This document shows positions 34,165 to 41,983 of a stretch of 41,983 nt of DNA, one piece after another. Origin of the DNA: a virus (Duplodnaviria; Caudoviricetes); IMG/VR virus record IMGVR_UViG_3300030097_000100, positions 1-41,983 of that record. One strand, 5' to 3'. The notes under the pieces are model-generated. The model worked only from the letters and a program-made list of their open reading frames with translations, made no database searches and had not been told where the DNA came from. The position numbers and the translations under genes are program-made. Every line of letters begins with the position of its first letter. Positions within the stretch are counted from its first letter, which is position 1.

Positions 34165-34345
34165 TAAATCCCTCTCTTTCTATATCGCGCCAACCTGTGA
34201 CACGGTTAATTGGAAATAGACCGCCGTTAGCGTAAAAGCGGCCCACCTTGTAAGTGGCAATAATATAGCCAGCGTGTTGGCCATCGTTACCGTTAAACTT
34301 GCATAGTAGTGGCTTGTTAGTTGGTATTTGCATTATCACGCTCAA
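34148..34345 (-). CDS. Hypothetical protein
   Basis: ORF within the cassette. Confidence 0.55.
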   Translation of the reverse strand: MSVIMQIPTNKPLLCKFNGNDGQHAGYIIATYKVGRFYANGGLFPINRVTGWRDIEREGFNEYQS

Positions 34346-35024
34346 TCATTGCCTGTTTAAGATAACAAGCTAAGTCTAAAGCTTCTTCGTAGGCATCCTG
34401 TAAAGCATCACGACCGTTGCTAGCCCTAAGCGCTTCACCATATGTCTTTATGCCTATTTCCATTCGCTCAGTTAAATCAATCATAACCTGAGCTACTACT
34501 GGTTTGTTTTTTTGCATTGCTACCTCTTTTTCTTTTACGTCACCTAAATCAACTTTTACGCATCCGCTATATTCACCACACCGCTTTAAATTATCACGCT
34601 CATTCATTAAGCGCTTAAGCTTACCTATTGCCATTAGTTGGTTGTAGGTTAGTTTGCGTTTTGCGCTAAGCTCTAAATCATACGTTTCATTATAGATAAG
34701 CTCGATGTGAGTCGATTTAATTACAAGACCGCGAGACTTATCATTACCATGACGGCAAAAGCCGCTTACAGTTAGGTCGTAATTAAGGTAAGGATTAAAA
34801 CCAAACAACCCAAACACCTCCACAGCATCATTATACTTCTGCTCTGTGTCTAGCTCTGATTTTGGTATGTAGTCGCCTTGGCGTGGCTCGTTTAGTTGGA
34901 AGTCACCATAATGGCCAATATCTAAATCACCACACATTAATTTGTTAGAAATATAACTTGCTGCGTATCTTTGCTCTCCATCTGCATAACAAACCGCACC
35001 TTCTTTCCATTCAATATTATTCAT
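34317..35024 (-). CDS. Hypothetical protein with C-terminal all-alpha NTP-pyrophosphohydrolase (MazG-like) domain
   Basis: ER...GIKTYG..L...NGRDALQDAYEEALDLACYL acidic helix motif. Confidence 0.55.
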   Translation of the reverse strand: MNNIEWKEGAVCYADGEQRYAASYISNKLMCGDLDIGHYGDFQLNEPRQGDYIPKSELDTEQKYNDAVEVFGLFGFNPYLNYDLTVSGFCRHGNDKSRGLVIKSTHIELIYNETYDLELSAKRKLTYNQLMAIGKLKRLMNERDNLKRCGEYSGCVKVDLGDVKEKEVAMQKNKPVVAQVMIDLTERMEIGIKTYGEALRASNGRDALQDAYEEALDLACYLKQAMIERDNANTN

Positions 35025-35034
35025 AACTCAACCC

Positions 35035-35265
35035 CTAATTTACAGCAGATAAATCTTCGTTAATTGCTTCTCTTGCGGTATATCCATCAACAAAATAATC
35101 AAACCAACAATAAATACCAGTTAAATTCTCCAACAATCCTTTCCCATAGTGCTTTGTCTCGCTATGCACCTTGTTTAGCTCATCAAGCCAAACTTCGAAT
35201 TTTGCCTTTTCGTTTTCACACATAGATTTGATTAAATCTTCATCTTTAATATTCATATCACTCAA
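35035..35265 (-). CDS. Hypothetical protein
   Basis: W.DYF.DGYT..EAI.ED C-terminal motif. Confidence 0.65.
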   Translation of the reverse strand: MSDMNIKDEDLIKSMCENEKAKFEVWLDELNKVHSETKHYGKGLLENLTGIYCWFDYFVDGYTAREAINEDLSAVN

Positions 35266-35569
35266 CCCCTATTTCAAAATCATCTGCCATTGCAGAAAGC
35301 AGCTCACACAACCCATCACTCAACAACTCGCGCAACTCGTCACGACAATCGCAGCACTCACCACCGTCTAGCCATTTATTTAGCGTTGGCATTACATCAA
35401 TATCACACAACACATTATCGCGCGATATAAAAGCCTCTTTGCTTAGCTCTGTACTGCGGTCGTATTGCACTTGGTTATTTAAAACCAACTCAGCCGCGCC
35501 GTGAATCCAATCAACGCGGTTAATATTCATTGCAGCATGCGCCGCCTCTTTTGCTTTTACTGTTTGCAT
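35258..35569 (-). CDS. Hypothetical protein
   Basis: GGAG RBS; first gene of the leftward cassette. Confidence 0.7.
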   Translation of the reverse strand: MQTVKAKEAAHAAMNINRVDWIHGAAELVLNNQVQYDRSTELSKEAFISRDNVLCDIDVMPTLNKWLDGGECCDCRDELRELLSDGLCELLSAMADDFEIGVE

Positions 35570-35599
35570 TTACAATCTCCATTTATTTATCTGTGACTA

Positions 35600-35650
35600 A
35601 ATATAATATTAAACAAAACACTTTACAAGTTTTATTTTTATAGTTATTGT
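35600..35650. promoter_or_regulatory. Back-to-back sigma70 promoters with overlapping -35 boxes
   Basis: Plus TTTACA(35622-35627)-17-TATTGT; minus TTGTAA(35628-35623)-17-TATATT. Confidence 0.6.
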
Positions 35651-35679
35651 TAGTGTGAAATTAATTATTGGAGATAGAA

Positions 35680-36462
35680 ATGAAATATCCGTATATAGGA
35701 AAAGGCACAGAAAGCGGCAGCATTATATTAATGACAGGTAAAGGAGAGGGCATTGTTATAGATAGTAAAACAGCGGCAACTCATCCTGGTAAGTTTGAAT
35801 CAACTGTAGATGAGGATTACTTCAAAAACATCACCCGCGAATACCTTGATGGCAAATGCGTTAAAATTGAATCACATGAGCATAGCAAGCTTGTTCAAAA
35901 GGTGGCTTTTGGCGCTGGTTTTCAGTGGCCAGAATCTTTTGGCACCATAAAGCATACTGGATATAAGTTCTTATTCTTTAGAGTTAAAGGCTTAATCAAT
36001 TGTGGTCATGAAAATAATAGTAAAGTCCAGCAAATCACAATCCCGCTACCACCCAAACAAATACAAACAGCAACATTAGAGGAAGAATTTGAAATGCAGC
36101 ATATTATGAAAAACAACGGTGACAATCTTATTTTAGGTTGTGAAGATTCAAAGTGTGAAGAGTGGCCGCAAGTTGGTGATGAGGTTGTTTGGGATAAAAA
36201 CGACTATAAAGGTATTGTAAAGGCTATTAGCGAGCAAAAAGCTTGGTGCAGGCTTAATAATGGGCTTTATTATACGATAAGCTTTGATAGACTTAAAAAA
36301 CCAAAAACACCAGAGGAAGAGTTGCGTGATGAAGTTACAGAGCTAGTATGGAAGGCTAACGACCTGTGGACTAATACGAAAGCAGTTCAACAAGTATCAG
36401 TGCAAGAATTTGTTGCAGCTAAGATAATTGGCAAATACAACATAACCAAAAAGCCGCAATAG
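35680..36462 (+). CDS. Hypothetical modular protein
   Basis: Long ORF; start ATG 35680 after GGAG; WPQVGDEV small-barrel-like segment. Confidence 0.75.
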   Translation: MKYPYIGKGTESGSIILMTGKGEGIVIDSKTAATHPGKFESTVDEDYFKNITREYLDGKCVKIESHEHSKLVQKVAFGAGFQWPESFGTIKHTGYKFLFFRVKGLINCGHENNSKVQQITIPLPPKQIQTATLEEEFEMQHIMKNNGDNLILGCEDSKCEEWPQVGDEVVWDKNDYKGIVKAISEQKAWCRLNNGLYYTISFDRLKKPKTPEEELRDEVTELVWKANDLWTNTKAVQQVSVQEFVAAKIIGKYNITKKPQ

Positions 36463-36467
36463 CGGCT
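36448..36467 (-). terminator. Probable terminator of the terminase transcript
   Basis: Minus strand AGCCGC-tatt-GCGGCTTTTT. Confidence 0.6.
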
Positions 36468-36478
36468 AAGGATTAATT

Positions 36479-36676
36479 ATGAAAGATAGTGAATACTTTT
36501 GCTCTTACATGACATCAATGAATGGGTTAATTAATGGTTATGGTGATTTTATTTTCACTGGAAAGGTAAATAATGCAAATAAACTACTTGGCGATATAAA
36601 GAAAGAGATAATAAGTAAATATTACAGCAACAACCAAGATGTTGAAATTGTTATTACAGCGCTAAATAAACTGTAA
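36479..36676 (+). CDS. Hypothetical protein
   Basis: AAGGA RBS; AT-rich ORF converging on terL. Confidence 0.6.
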   Translation: MKDSEYFCSYMTSMNGLINGYGDFIFTGKVNNANKLLGDIKKEIISKYYSNNQDVEIVITALNKL

Positions 36677-36681
36677 TAACT

Positions 36682-38298
36682 CTAACCAATAAAATCACTC
36701 ATCCAATCTGAGCTATCAACCACAGCAAAGGCCATTACGCCACCATCAAATAAGTTAGGGCTTGGTATACCGCGTTTAGCCAAGTCCTTCTTGCTCTCAA
36801 CCTTATCTTTGCCGTTGTTGTCAGTATCGCGCAATATGCGGCTCATCTCACTGATAAACTCGTCAAGCGTTTGCGGGTCTATTGACTCACTATCAAAACT
36901 AATCATTTCATCTTCGTTAAACTCTTCACCTTCCTCTAATGCCATATAGGTATTTTTCACCCTATCAGCAAATGACCAAGTTGACTGAGCCTTTACGTTT
37001 GAGAACTTATCTTTGTTAGTTTTGCCTGGTGCGTAATCATCGCTAGGGTTTACAATATCTTTACTGCCAGCATTAAAGCCAGTAAACACTACTTTTTCAT
37101 ATCCGTTTTGCGTGCTTCGCTCATCGTTAAACTCATCAAAGCTTGAGCCAGCATTTGAGCCAACGCCAACAGAGTCATAAATTATGCTTGCCTTGTTATC
37201 GTAAGCCAGATTGTAAACGCGCTTATATGATTTACGACTCTCATGCTCTTTGTGTTGCCACTTCGCAATATGAGTTATTACAGAGCCGTGACGCATTACC
37301 TCTGTGTTCCAATCTTTACCACCATCCATGATATCAAAGCCAATGACTTTAGCGCCAGACGGTTCAAAGCCCAACTTCTTATGTGCATCAATACACGCCC
37401 TTGCATAAAGCGCAGGTATTAACACACCCTCAACAGATGCATCATAGTCAACATCAATTTCTTGCGCTACCGTTACTGGGTCTTGCTCTCTTACTTGCTT
37501 ATCATACCAGTCTTGGTCTTTACGCGGGTCATCTTGCCATCTAAGGGTTAAAACTTTAACTTTTCCACTAAAGCGCTTGCGATAAAATGAATTACCATTA
37601 CCGTTTGGTGTTGATATATCTACCTGACAGTTAGTTGTTTGTGATAATGCAGCGTCCGCCGCTTCCTGTCTTTCAAGGAACGCGGCCTCATCTACAAAGT
37701 ATATTGATGTACGCGCACCACGACCAATATCATAACCACCCTCACCTGTTAGCGTTGAGCCGTTCTCAGGATTAGTTATCTTTAAAAAGTTAGCATGCTC
37801 TTTTTCTTTATATCCAACTGGTAAAAACTCTTTAGGTATAAAGCGTAGGAATTGACGGCCTTTCTCGAATATGCTTTTTGGGTCGCCTAAACGGTCAACC
37901 AAATCAACTTTACGCGAACCATAACCAGCCGTATAATCATCCCAAAATAGCCACATAGTACAGCCATAAGCAATAGACAGCCAAGACAAACCAAAGTCAC
38001 GCGTCTTTTCTACTAGCGCCCTTTCCCTATTCCTCCATCTTTCATGTATCCACTGCAAAGTTTCAACCTGTCTAGGGAATAGAATAAACGGCACAACCGC
38101 TGGCAAATCACGCTCAAGGTTACGCGGGTCGAATGTCATGCCCCAATCGGTTATAAAATCCCAAGGATGATTTTTATAGTGAACTTTTGCAGCGGCTAGT
38201 GCATTTGGATTTTTACGCAGAAAAGAAAGCCGTCTTTGTCTTTCTGCAAGGACGGCTGAGTAGTTTGGGTTTTTAAAGTCTATTTCAAGATTTGCCAT
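36682..38298 (-). CDS. terL: Terminase large subunit
   Basis: EKTRDFGLSW Walker A region, GRGART, YFVDEAA Walker B, ISTPNG, GFD..DGG.D nuclease, YDSVGVG, SPNLFD. Confidence 0.93.
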   Translation of the reverse strand: MANLEIDFKNPNYSAVLAERQRRLSFLRKNPNALAAAKVHYKNHPWDFITDWGMTFDPRNLERDLPAVVPFILFPRQVETLQWIHERWRNRERALVEKTRDFGLSWLSIAYGCTMWLFWDDYTAGYGSRKVDLVDRLGDPKSIFEKGRQFLRFIPKEFLPVGYKEKEHANFLKITNPENGSTLTGEGGYDIGRGARTSIYFVDEAAFLERQEAADAALSQTTNCQVDISTPNGNGNSFYRKRFSGKVKVLTLRWQDDPRKDQDWYDKQVREQDPVTVAQEIDVDYDASVEGVLIPALYARACIDAHKKLGFEPSGAKVIGFDIMDGGKDWNTEVMRHGSVITHIAKWQHKEHESRKSYKRVYNLAYDNKASIIYDSVGVGSNAGSSFDEFNDERSTQNGYEKVVFTGFNAGSKDIVNPSDDYAPGKTNKDKFSNVKAQSTWSFADRVKNTYMALEEGEEFNEDEMISFDSESIDPQTLDEFISEMSRILRDTDNNGKDKVESKKDLAKRGIPSPNLFDGGVMAFAVVDSSDWMSDFIG

Positions 38299-38773
38299 TA
38301 ATCATATCTTGGTAAATTCTCGTTGCTTCGGCTGGATCCATTTCATGTGTTATCTGTTTCACATCATGCTTAACAGAGCCGCTGTGCTCAATCTCAGAGC
38401 TATCTTTAAGGCCAAGGTCGCGAGCTATTATATTTGCATTTAAAACGCCACCAGCAGCGCCTGTGAACTTCTGCTCGCGCATTACCGACTCAATATGTTT
38501 AGTGACTTCCAAATACTCAGGCTTAGCTTTGTAGTTATGCCATGTTGAAGTGCTAATATTCAAGAAAACACAAAGACCATCTTGAGTCATTGCTCTCATC
38601 TTAAATTCATCACCGTAAATTATTTCACCTTGGCTTGAAAATGGTTTTTGAACATGTATAGGGTTTTCTTTACACCATGCAAAATACTCATAGGCTTTAT
38701 GTAGCATTTCATCAGGACAATTAAAGCATGGCGGCTTGCCTACGCTCTTTTTAGCTACCTCCCACAACTCCAT
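38285..38773 (-). CDS. terS: Terminase small subunit (P22 gp3-like)
   Basis: EYF.WC.ENP, RAMT..GLC.FL, QKF.GAA.G.LNANIIARDLGL. Confidence 0.9.
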   Translation of the reverse strand: MELWEVAKKSVGKPPCFNCPDEMLHKAYEYFAWCKENPIHVQKPFSSQGEIIYGDEFKMRAMTQDGLCVFLNISTSTWHNYKAKPEYLEVTKHIESVMREQKFTGAAGGVLNANIIARDLGLKDSSEIEHSGSVKHDVKQITHEMDPAEATRIYQDMINGKS

Positions 38774-38831
38774 AAAACCACCTAAAAATAATTAATAAAA
38801 CTTAAATGTAATACTACCACAAAACTAAAAA

Positions 38832-38860
38832 TAAAAAAGCCCACGTTTTAAGGTTGGCTT
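38832..38860 (-). terminator. Intrinsic terminator upstream of terS
   Basis: Minus strand AAGCC...GGCTT stem with a long T run. Confidence 0.55.
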
Positions 38861-39039
38861 GATATTGCTTTGCTTATTGCGTCTCTGGCTATTGCAAATG
38901 CGTTAATGTTTTCTTGCCTGTTACTTACTCTCTCTGGTTCCGGAATAATAAGCCCTCCATGCATCACATAAAACACATAAAACACCGGCGGATAATCAGG
39001 CCGCCATTCTGTTAAGTGGTCTTTGTATTGTGGTTTCAT
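38848..39039 (-). CDS. Hypothetical protein
   Basis: Start moved to ATG 39039 (ATGA overlap, upstream GGAG). Confidence 0.55.
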   Translation of the reverse strand: MKPQYKDHLTEWRPDYPPVFYVFYVMHGGLIIPEPERVSNRQENINAFAIARDAISKAISSQP

Positions 39040-39227
39040 AACAAGCTCACTCCATACCAACCCAACAAAAACAAGACAGGATAAACCAAAAGCCACCAGC
39101 GCGATTCTAAGCGCTTTAAATCTGAATAGTAGGGACTTAATCGAAAAGCTTTTAATTTAGCCTCCTGCTCGCTATTGGCGTTTAATTTAACGACATTGCC
39201 AGCAATGTTTACACTGTATCTAGGCAT
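39036..39227 (-). CDS. Small protein with C-terminal TM helix
   Basis: WWLLVYPVLFLLGWYGVSLL. Confidence 0.65.
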   Translation of the reverse strand: MPRYSVNIAGNVVKLNANSEQEAKLKAFRLSPYYSDLKRLESRWWLLVYPVLFLLGWYGVSLL

Positions 39228-39230
39228 AAC

Positions 39231-39530
39231 CTACTCCATTGAATCCATACAGATTGAAAATACGACACGCTTAACGTTTGCAATATCACCTTGTAAGTCA
39301 CTTGTCATTGGTATTGAGTACGCCAATTCAATAAGTTGTCTATTTTCAGTTGTTAGCGCGCCTGTTTTACTAAGCTCAGATAAAACCTCATCTTTAGTGT
39401 AACCTTGTGAGCGTATTTCCACCGCATCACCACCAAGTTTGCTAAACTTGCTGCAATATTCGTAAGCACTCATTGCTAAAGTGTTTGTTGATGTTAGTGC
39501 TAAAACCGCTGTTAGTAGTAATGTTTTCAT
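39231..39530 (-). CDS. Putative secreted/periplasmic protein
   Basis: MKTLLLTAVLALTSTNTLA signal peptide; two Cys in the mature part. Confidence 0.7.
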   Translation of the reverse strand: MKTLLLTAVLALTSTNTLAMSAYEYCSKFSKLGGDAVEIRSQGYTKDEVLSELSKTGALTTENRQLIELAYSIPMTSDLQGDIANVKRVVFSICMDSME

Positions 39531-39886
39531 TTTGTATCTCCGTTTAGTTTATTTGCAAGCACTTCTAACGCTCTTTGTGCTGGTGTTGTTATGTCTGCGC
39601 GTGTTAATGCAGCGCCATAAATTCCTTTAGTTGAGTAAAAAACACTGCCGCAATCATGCAATCTTTTCTCAATTACATCGCTAAGTGTTGCTTCAATATC
39701 CTTAATTGTAATATCAACTATTTTGCTTTCATCTTTTGTAAATGCGCAGTTTGAGCTATCAGCGTTACTCAGAACAAAATAAATTTCCTCATCTCTAACC
39801 TCAAAATCACCAGCCAACACATCACGATTAAATCTTTCTAAACGCTCAATGCCGCCTTTGCTTAGTTGGTATGTTTGTTTGCTCAT
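39527..39886 (-). CDS. Hypothetical protein
   Basis: GAGGAG RBS, ATGA-coupled. Confidence 0.7.
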   Translation of the reverse strand: MSKQTYQLSKGGIERLERFNRDVLAGDFEVRDEEIYFVLSNADSSNCAFTKDESKIVDITIKDIEATLSDVIEKRLHDCGSVFYSTKGIYGAALTRADITTPAQRALEVLANKLNGDTK

Positions 39887-40161
39887 TTTGACAACTCCTC
39901 AAGCAAAGCGTCAGCGCACGCTATAGACCACTGAGCAAGTGATCGTTCATCTGAATTGCAAAACCCTGTACCGCTCATGCTGTTAGATTGAACAACGCCT
40001 CCACTATTGGAAAGCAAACCTTGCATTGCGTGCATGGCAAACATTTCACGCTTTGTTAGGCCGTTAAATTCATTATGCCCATAATGTTCACTTGTTGATA
40101 AGCACTCAGTTTCGTTTAGCGCTATTGGTTGAGGGTTTGCTGGTAAATCTGCGTTTTTCAT
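39883..40161 (-). CDS. Conserved phage hypothetical protein
   Basis: PA.P...GLTKREMFAMHAMQGLL...A...ADALLEEL motif; start ATG 40161. Confidence 0.8.
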   Translation of the reverse strand: MKNADLPANPQPIALNETECLSTSEHYGHNEFNGLTKREMFAMHAMQGLLSNSGGVVQSNSMSGTGFCNSDERSLAQWSIACADALLEELSK

Positions 40162-40192
40162 CTCGGTAATCTCCATTAATTAAGTTGTGTTA

Positions 40193-40221
40193 AATATAAA
40201 GCCTTATTTTTAGTATTGCAA
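40193..40221 (-). promoter_or_regulatory. Sigma70 promoter
   Basis: TTGCAA-17-TATATT. Confidence 0.6.
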
Positions 40222-40236
40222 GTTTATTTTTAAGTT

Positions 40237-40683
40237 TTAATCTTGATAATCTAAATGGTATTCGTTTTTATTGTATTCACTCTGCATTGTGTCTCGGTAT
40301 TCGTTGTGCTGCTTAGTAGTGAATAGACGGGTTACTGGTAATAATTCCATGTACCCGCATTGCTGCTCATATGGCCAATCAAAAAAACCAAGTTTATTAA
40401 GAGTCCAGGATATTTTATGGCCGTATTCAACGCTTTCTAGCAGTATCGGCAAGCCAAACATACGTTTGCACTGGCACTCGATAGTTTTTACGCTCTCCCC
40501 GTCTTTGTCTGCTATCTGTTTATACCAAACGTGTATTTGTGCGTTAGCTGATAACGTGCGTTTTTCGCTCCATGGCTCAATGGTGATTTTTAGCGCTACG
40601 CTATGTTTAAATAGCTCTTGCATTAGCTGAATTACAACTTGCGTATTAGTTCCTATGAACTTTATTGATTTAATTAGACTCAT
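40237..40683 (-). CDS. NinB/YbcN-like protein
   Basis: KRTLSANAQIHVW..QIA, CKRMFG, T..FT..Q..EY. Confidence 0.7.
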   Translation of the reverse strand: MSLIKSIKFIGTNTQVVIQLMQELFKHSVALKITIEPWSEKRTLSANAQIHVWYKQIADKDGESVKTIECQCKRMFGLPILLESVEYGHKISWTLNKLGFFDWPYEQQCGYMELLPVTRLFTTKQHNEYRDTMQSEYNKNEYHLDYQD

Positions 40684-40973
40684 TTAGCCACCAGTAAACC
40701 CTTTTCAATCATAGCCTCTTGCGTTTCCTCAAGCGCTCTTAATTTCTCTGTGTTTAATTCATCTTTACTAAAACTAGAACTAACCCGACCGTCAATAGCA
40801 TCATGGCAAGCAGCGCAAGCATAAATAGCAAACGTGTCACTGCACTTTAACCCCATTCCGCGCCGCTTACCTATATGACATAAAACAACGGTTTCATTGC
40901 TTGAGCAAACGCCTAGTCTCAAAGTGCAATCTTCACCTCTTGCTGAGTCACGTATCTTTTTAGATTTAATCAT
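40680..40973 (-). CDS. DUF1364 (YbcO-like) Zn-binding nuclease-domain protein
   Basis: KIRDSARGEDCTLRL, ETVVLCH, GMGLK.SD, YACAACHD.ID. Confidence 0.85.
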   Translation of the reverse strand: MIKSKKIRDSARGEDCTLRLGVCSSNETVVLCHIGKRRGMGLKCSDTFAIYACAACHDAIDGRVSSSFSKDELNTEKLRALEETQEAMIEKGLLVAK

Positions 40974-41167
40974 TGCTTTGCCTTTGTGTATTTGTGACTT
41001 GTTGGGCTTTTGTATCTTCTTAAACCCATACGCTTAAATAAATCCTTAATAGCCGCCTCAGAGCGCCCTAGATACCTTGCTATGTATTTATAAGTCTTAT
41101 TTGCAAAGAACAATTCTTTTGCTGTTTCAATTTCACTTGTTAAGTAACTTTTGTAATGATTTTTCAT
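40970..41167 (-). CDS. Small HTH protein
   Basis: TYKYIARYLGRSEAAIK. Confidence 0.7.
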   Translation of the reverse strand: MKNHYKSYLTSEIETAKELFFANKTYKYIARYLGRSEAAIKDLFKRMGLRRYKSPTSHKYTKAKQ

Positions 41168-41168
41168 A

Positions 41169-41531
41169 TTACCAATCCAATTGTATTCCCTTCATGCCTT
41201 TTGGTAGCTCAGTGTTAATTATTACCCCGCTACTTGTTGGTTTTTTAGGTTGTGGTTTATCTTGCTTTACCATGCCTTTCATTTTTTCAAGGTGGCGATT
41301 GTAAGCATCTGGCGTTCTTTCTGCTTGATACTTACGAGCCTCGTTATGCAAGTATGCATTCGCTTCCTTACGCCCTTTAGCAACATTTACACCACCGTTT
41401 TGCATGTAAAGCCTGTCGTATGTGTCGCTTACTTCTTGCTGCTTGCTAGGTGGTATATGCGCGATGCGGGTGAGGATAAAGTTTTTATCACTCACACCGC
41501 CCCGATAGTAATAGCGTATTGGGTAGATCAT
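41169..41531 (-). CDS. Hypothetical protein
   Basis: ATGA-coupled ORF downstream of the replication genes. Confidence 0.7.
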   Translation of the reverse strand: MIYPIRYYYRGGVSDKNFILTRIAHIPPSKQQEVSDTYDRLYMQNGGVNVAKGRKEANAYLHNEARKYQAERTPDAYNRHLEKMKGMVKQDKPQPKKPTSSGVIINTELPKGMKGIQLDW

Positions 41532-41806
41532 TTAATTAACGACTCCAAGCTTTGGCCGTTTTGTTCAAGTTCGCAAATTAAAGATTTATTATCATCTGAT
41601 AGTTCTATGATTTTTTCTATATCATCTATTGACCGCATCAACCCAACTTGCTTGTCAGTAATTTGAATCCAATCCTGACCCTTGCATGCTGCGTACCATC
41701 TATCACTTTCGATTTTTAGGTATATAGGGTTGCAAGTCATCATTACAGATTGCGCACCTATCGGTTTTGAGGTTATGATTTCTTTTAGCATTTCTAAATT
41801 TTTCAT
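41528..41806 (-). CDS. Hypothetical protein
   Basis: Its ATG overlaps the TGA of the P-like gene across the junction. Confidence 0.7.
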   Translation of the reverse strand: MKNLEMLKEIITSKPIGAQSVMMTCNPIYLKIESDRWYAACKGQDWIQITDKQVGLMRSIDDIEKIIELSDDNKSLICELEQNGQSLESLIK

Positions 41807-41983
41807 TTCTTACCCGCCTTAATTTTATTTATTCTATCCATTATCTTTGCGCTTTCTGTGCAAGATGGCTTGAAGTTATCGCGCATGGTGTCAGTTTGTT
41901 TTGCTGTCACATTCTCGGTTAAAAGTGGTGTTTCATTTCGGTTTAATTGACCATCAACCCACTTTTGATAATTTATTTTATAG
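41806..41983. repeat. Terminal direct repeat (right copy)
   Basis: 177 of 178 bases identical to 1-178. Confidence 0.95.

Noticed and set aside
1-41983. Integrated prophage with host flanks
   Set aside because: No integrase, att-like context or host genes; the ends join in-frame into a circle

Overview
The window looks like a complete, circularly permuted genome of a long-tailed (siphovirus-type) dsDNA phage. Bases 1-178 repeat at 41806-41983 with one mismatch, giving a 41,805-bp unit. Gene content points to a Gram-negative, probably marine gammaproteobacterial host (inference only). Recognisable modules: lambdoid replication (initiator plus a lambda-P-like loader that crosses the junction), Rha/Ant regulator, RecT-YqaJ-SSB-RuvC-like recombination genes, an orphan DNA methyltransferase, dUTPase, P22-like terminase, DUF1073 portal with MuF, DUF2213 protease/decoration/major capsid, neck and tail genes, a beta-helix tailspike and an endolysin/holin cassette. 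I found no integrase, CI-type repressor, tRNA or CRISPR array. The architecture is unusually fragmented: portal-MuF sit on the opposite strand far from the terminase and capsid genes, the tail-assembly chaperone is inverted, and small sigma70-driven cassettes bounded by terminators sit between structural blocks. The most striking unexplained elements are two promoter-to-terminator units with no credible ORF: a richly base-paired ~500-nt minus-strand RNA candidate inside the tail region (about 23663 to 23165), and a ~90-nt three-hairpin sRNA candidate (about 11444-11535). The larger one carries a 14-nt perfect antisense match to the recT ribosome-binding site. Several short ORFs missing from the track were read by hand, including an Rmf-like (ribosome modulation factor) gene. 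All family assignments come from motif recognition by eye, not database searches.
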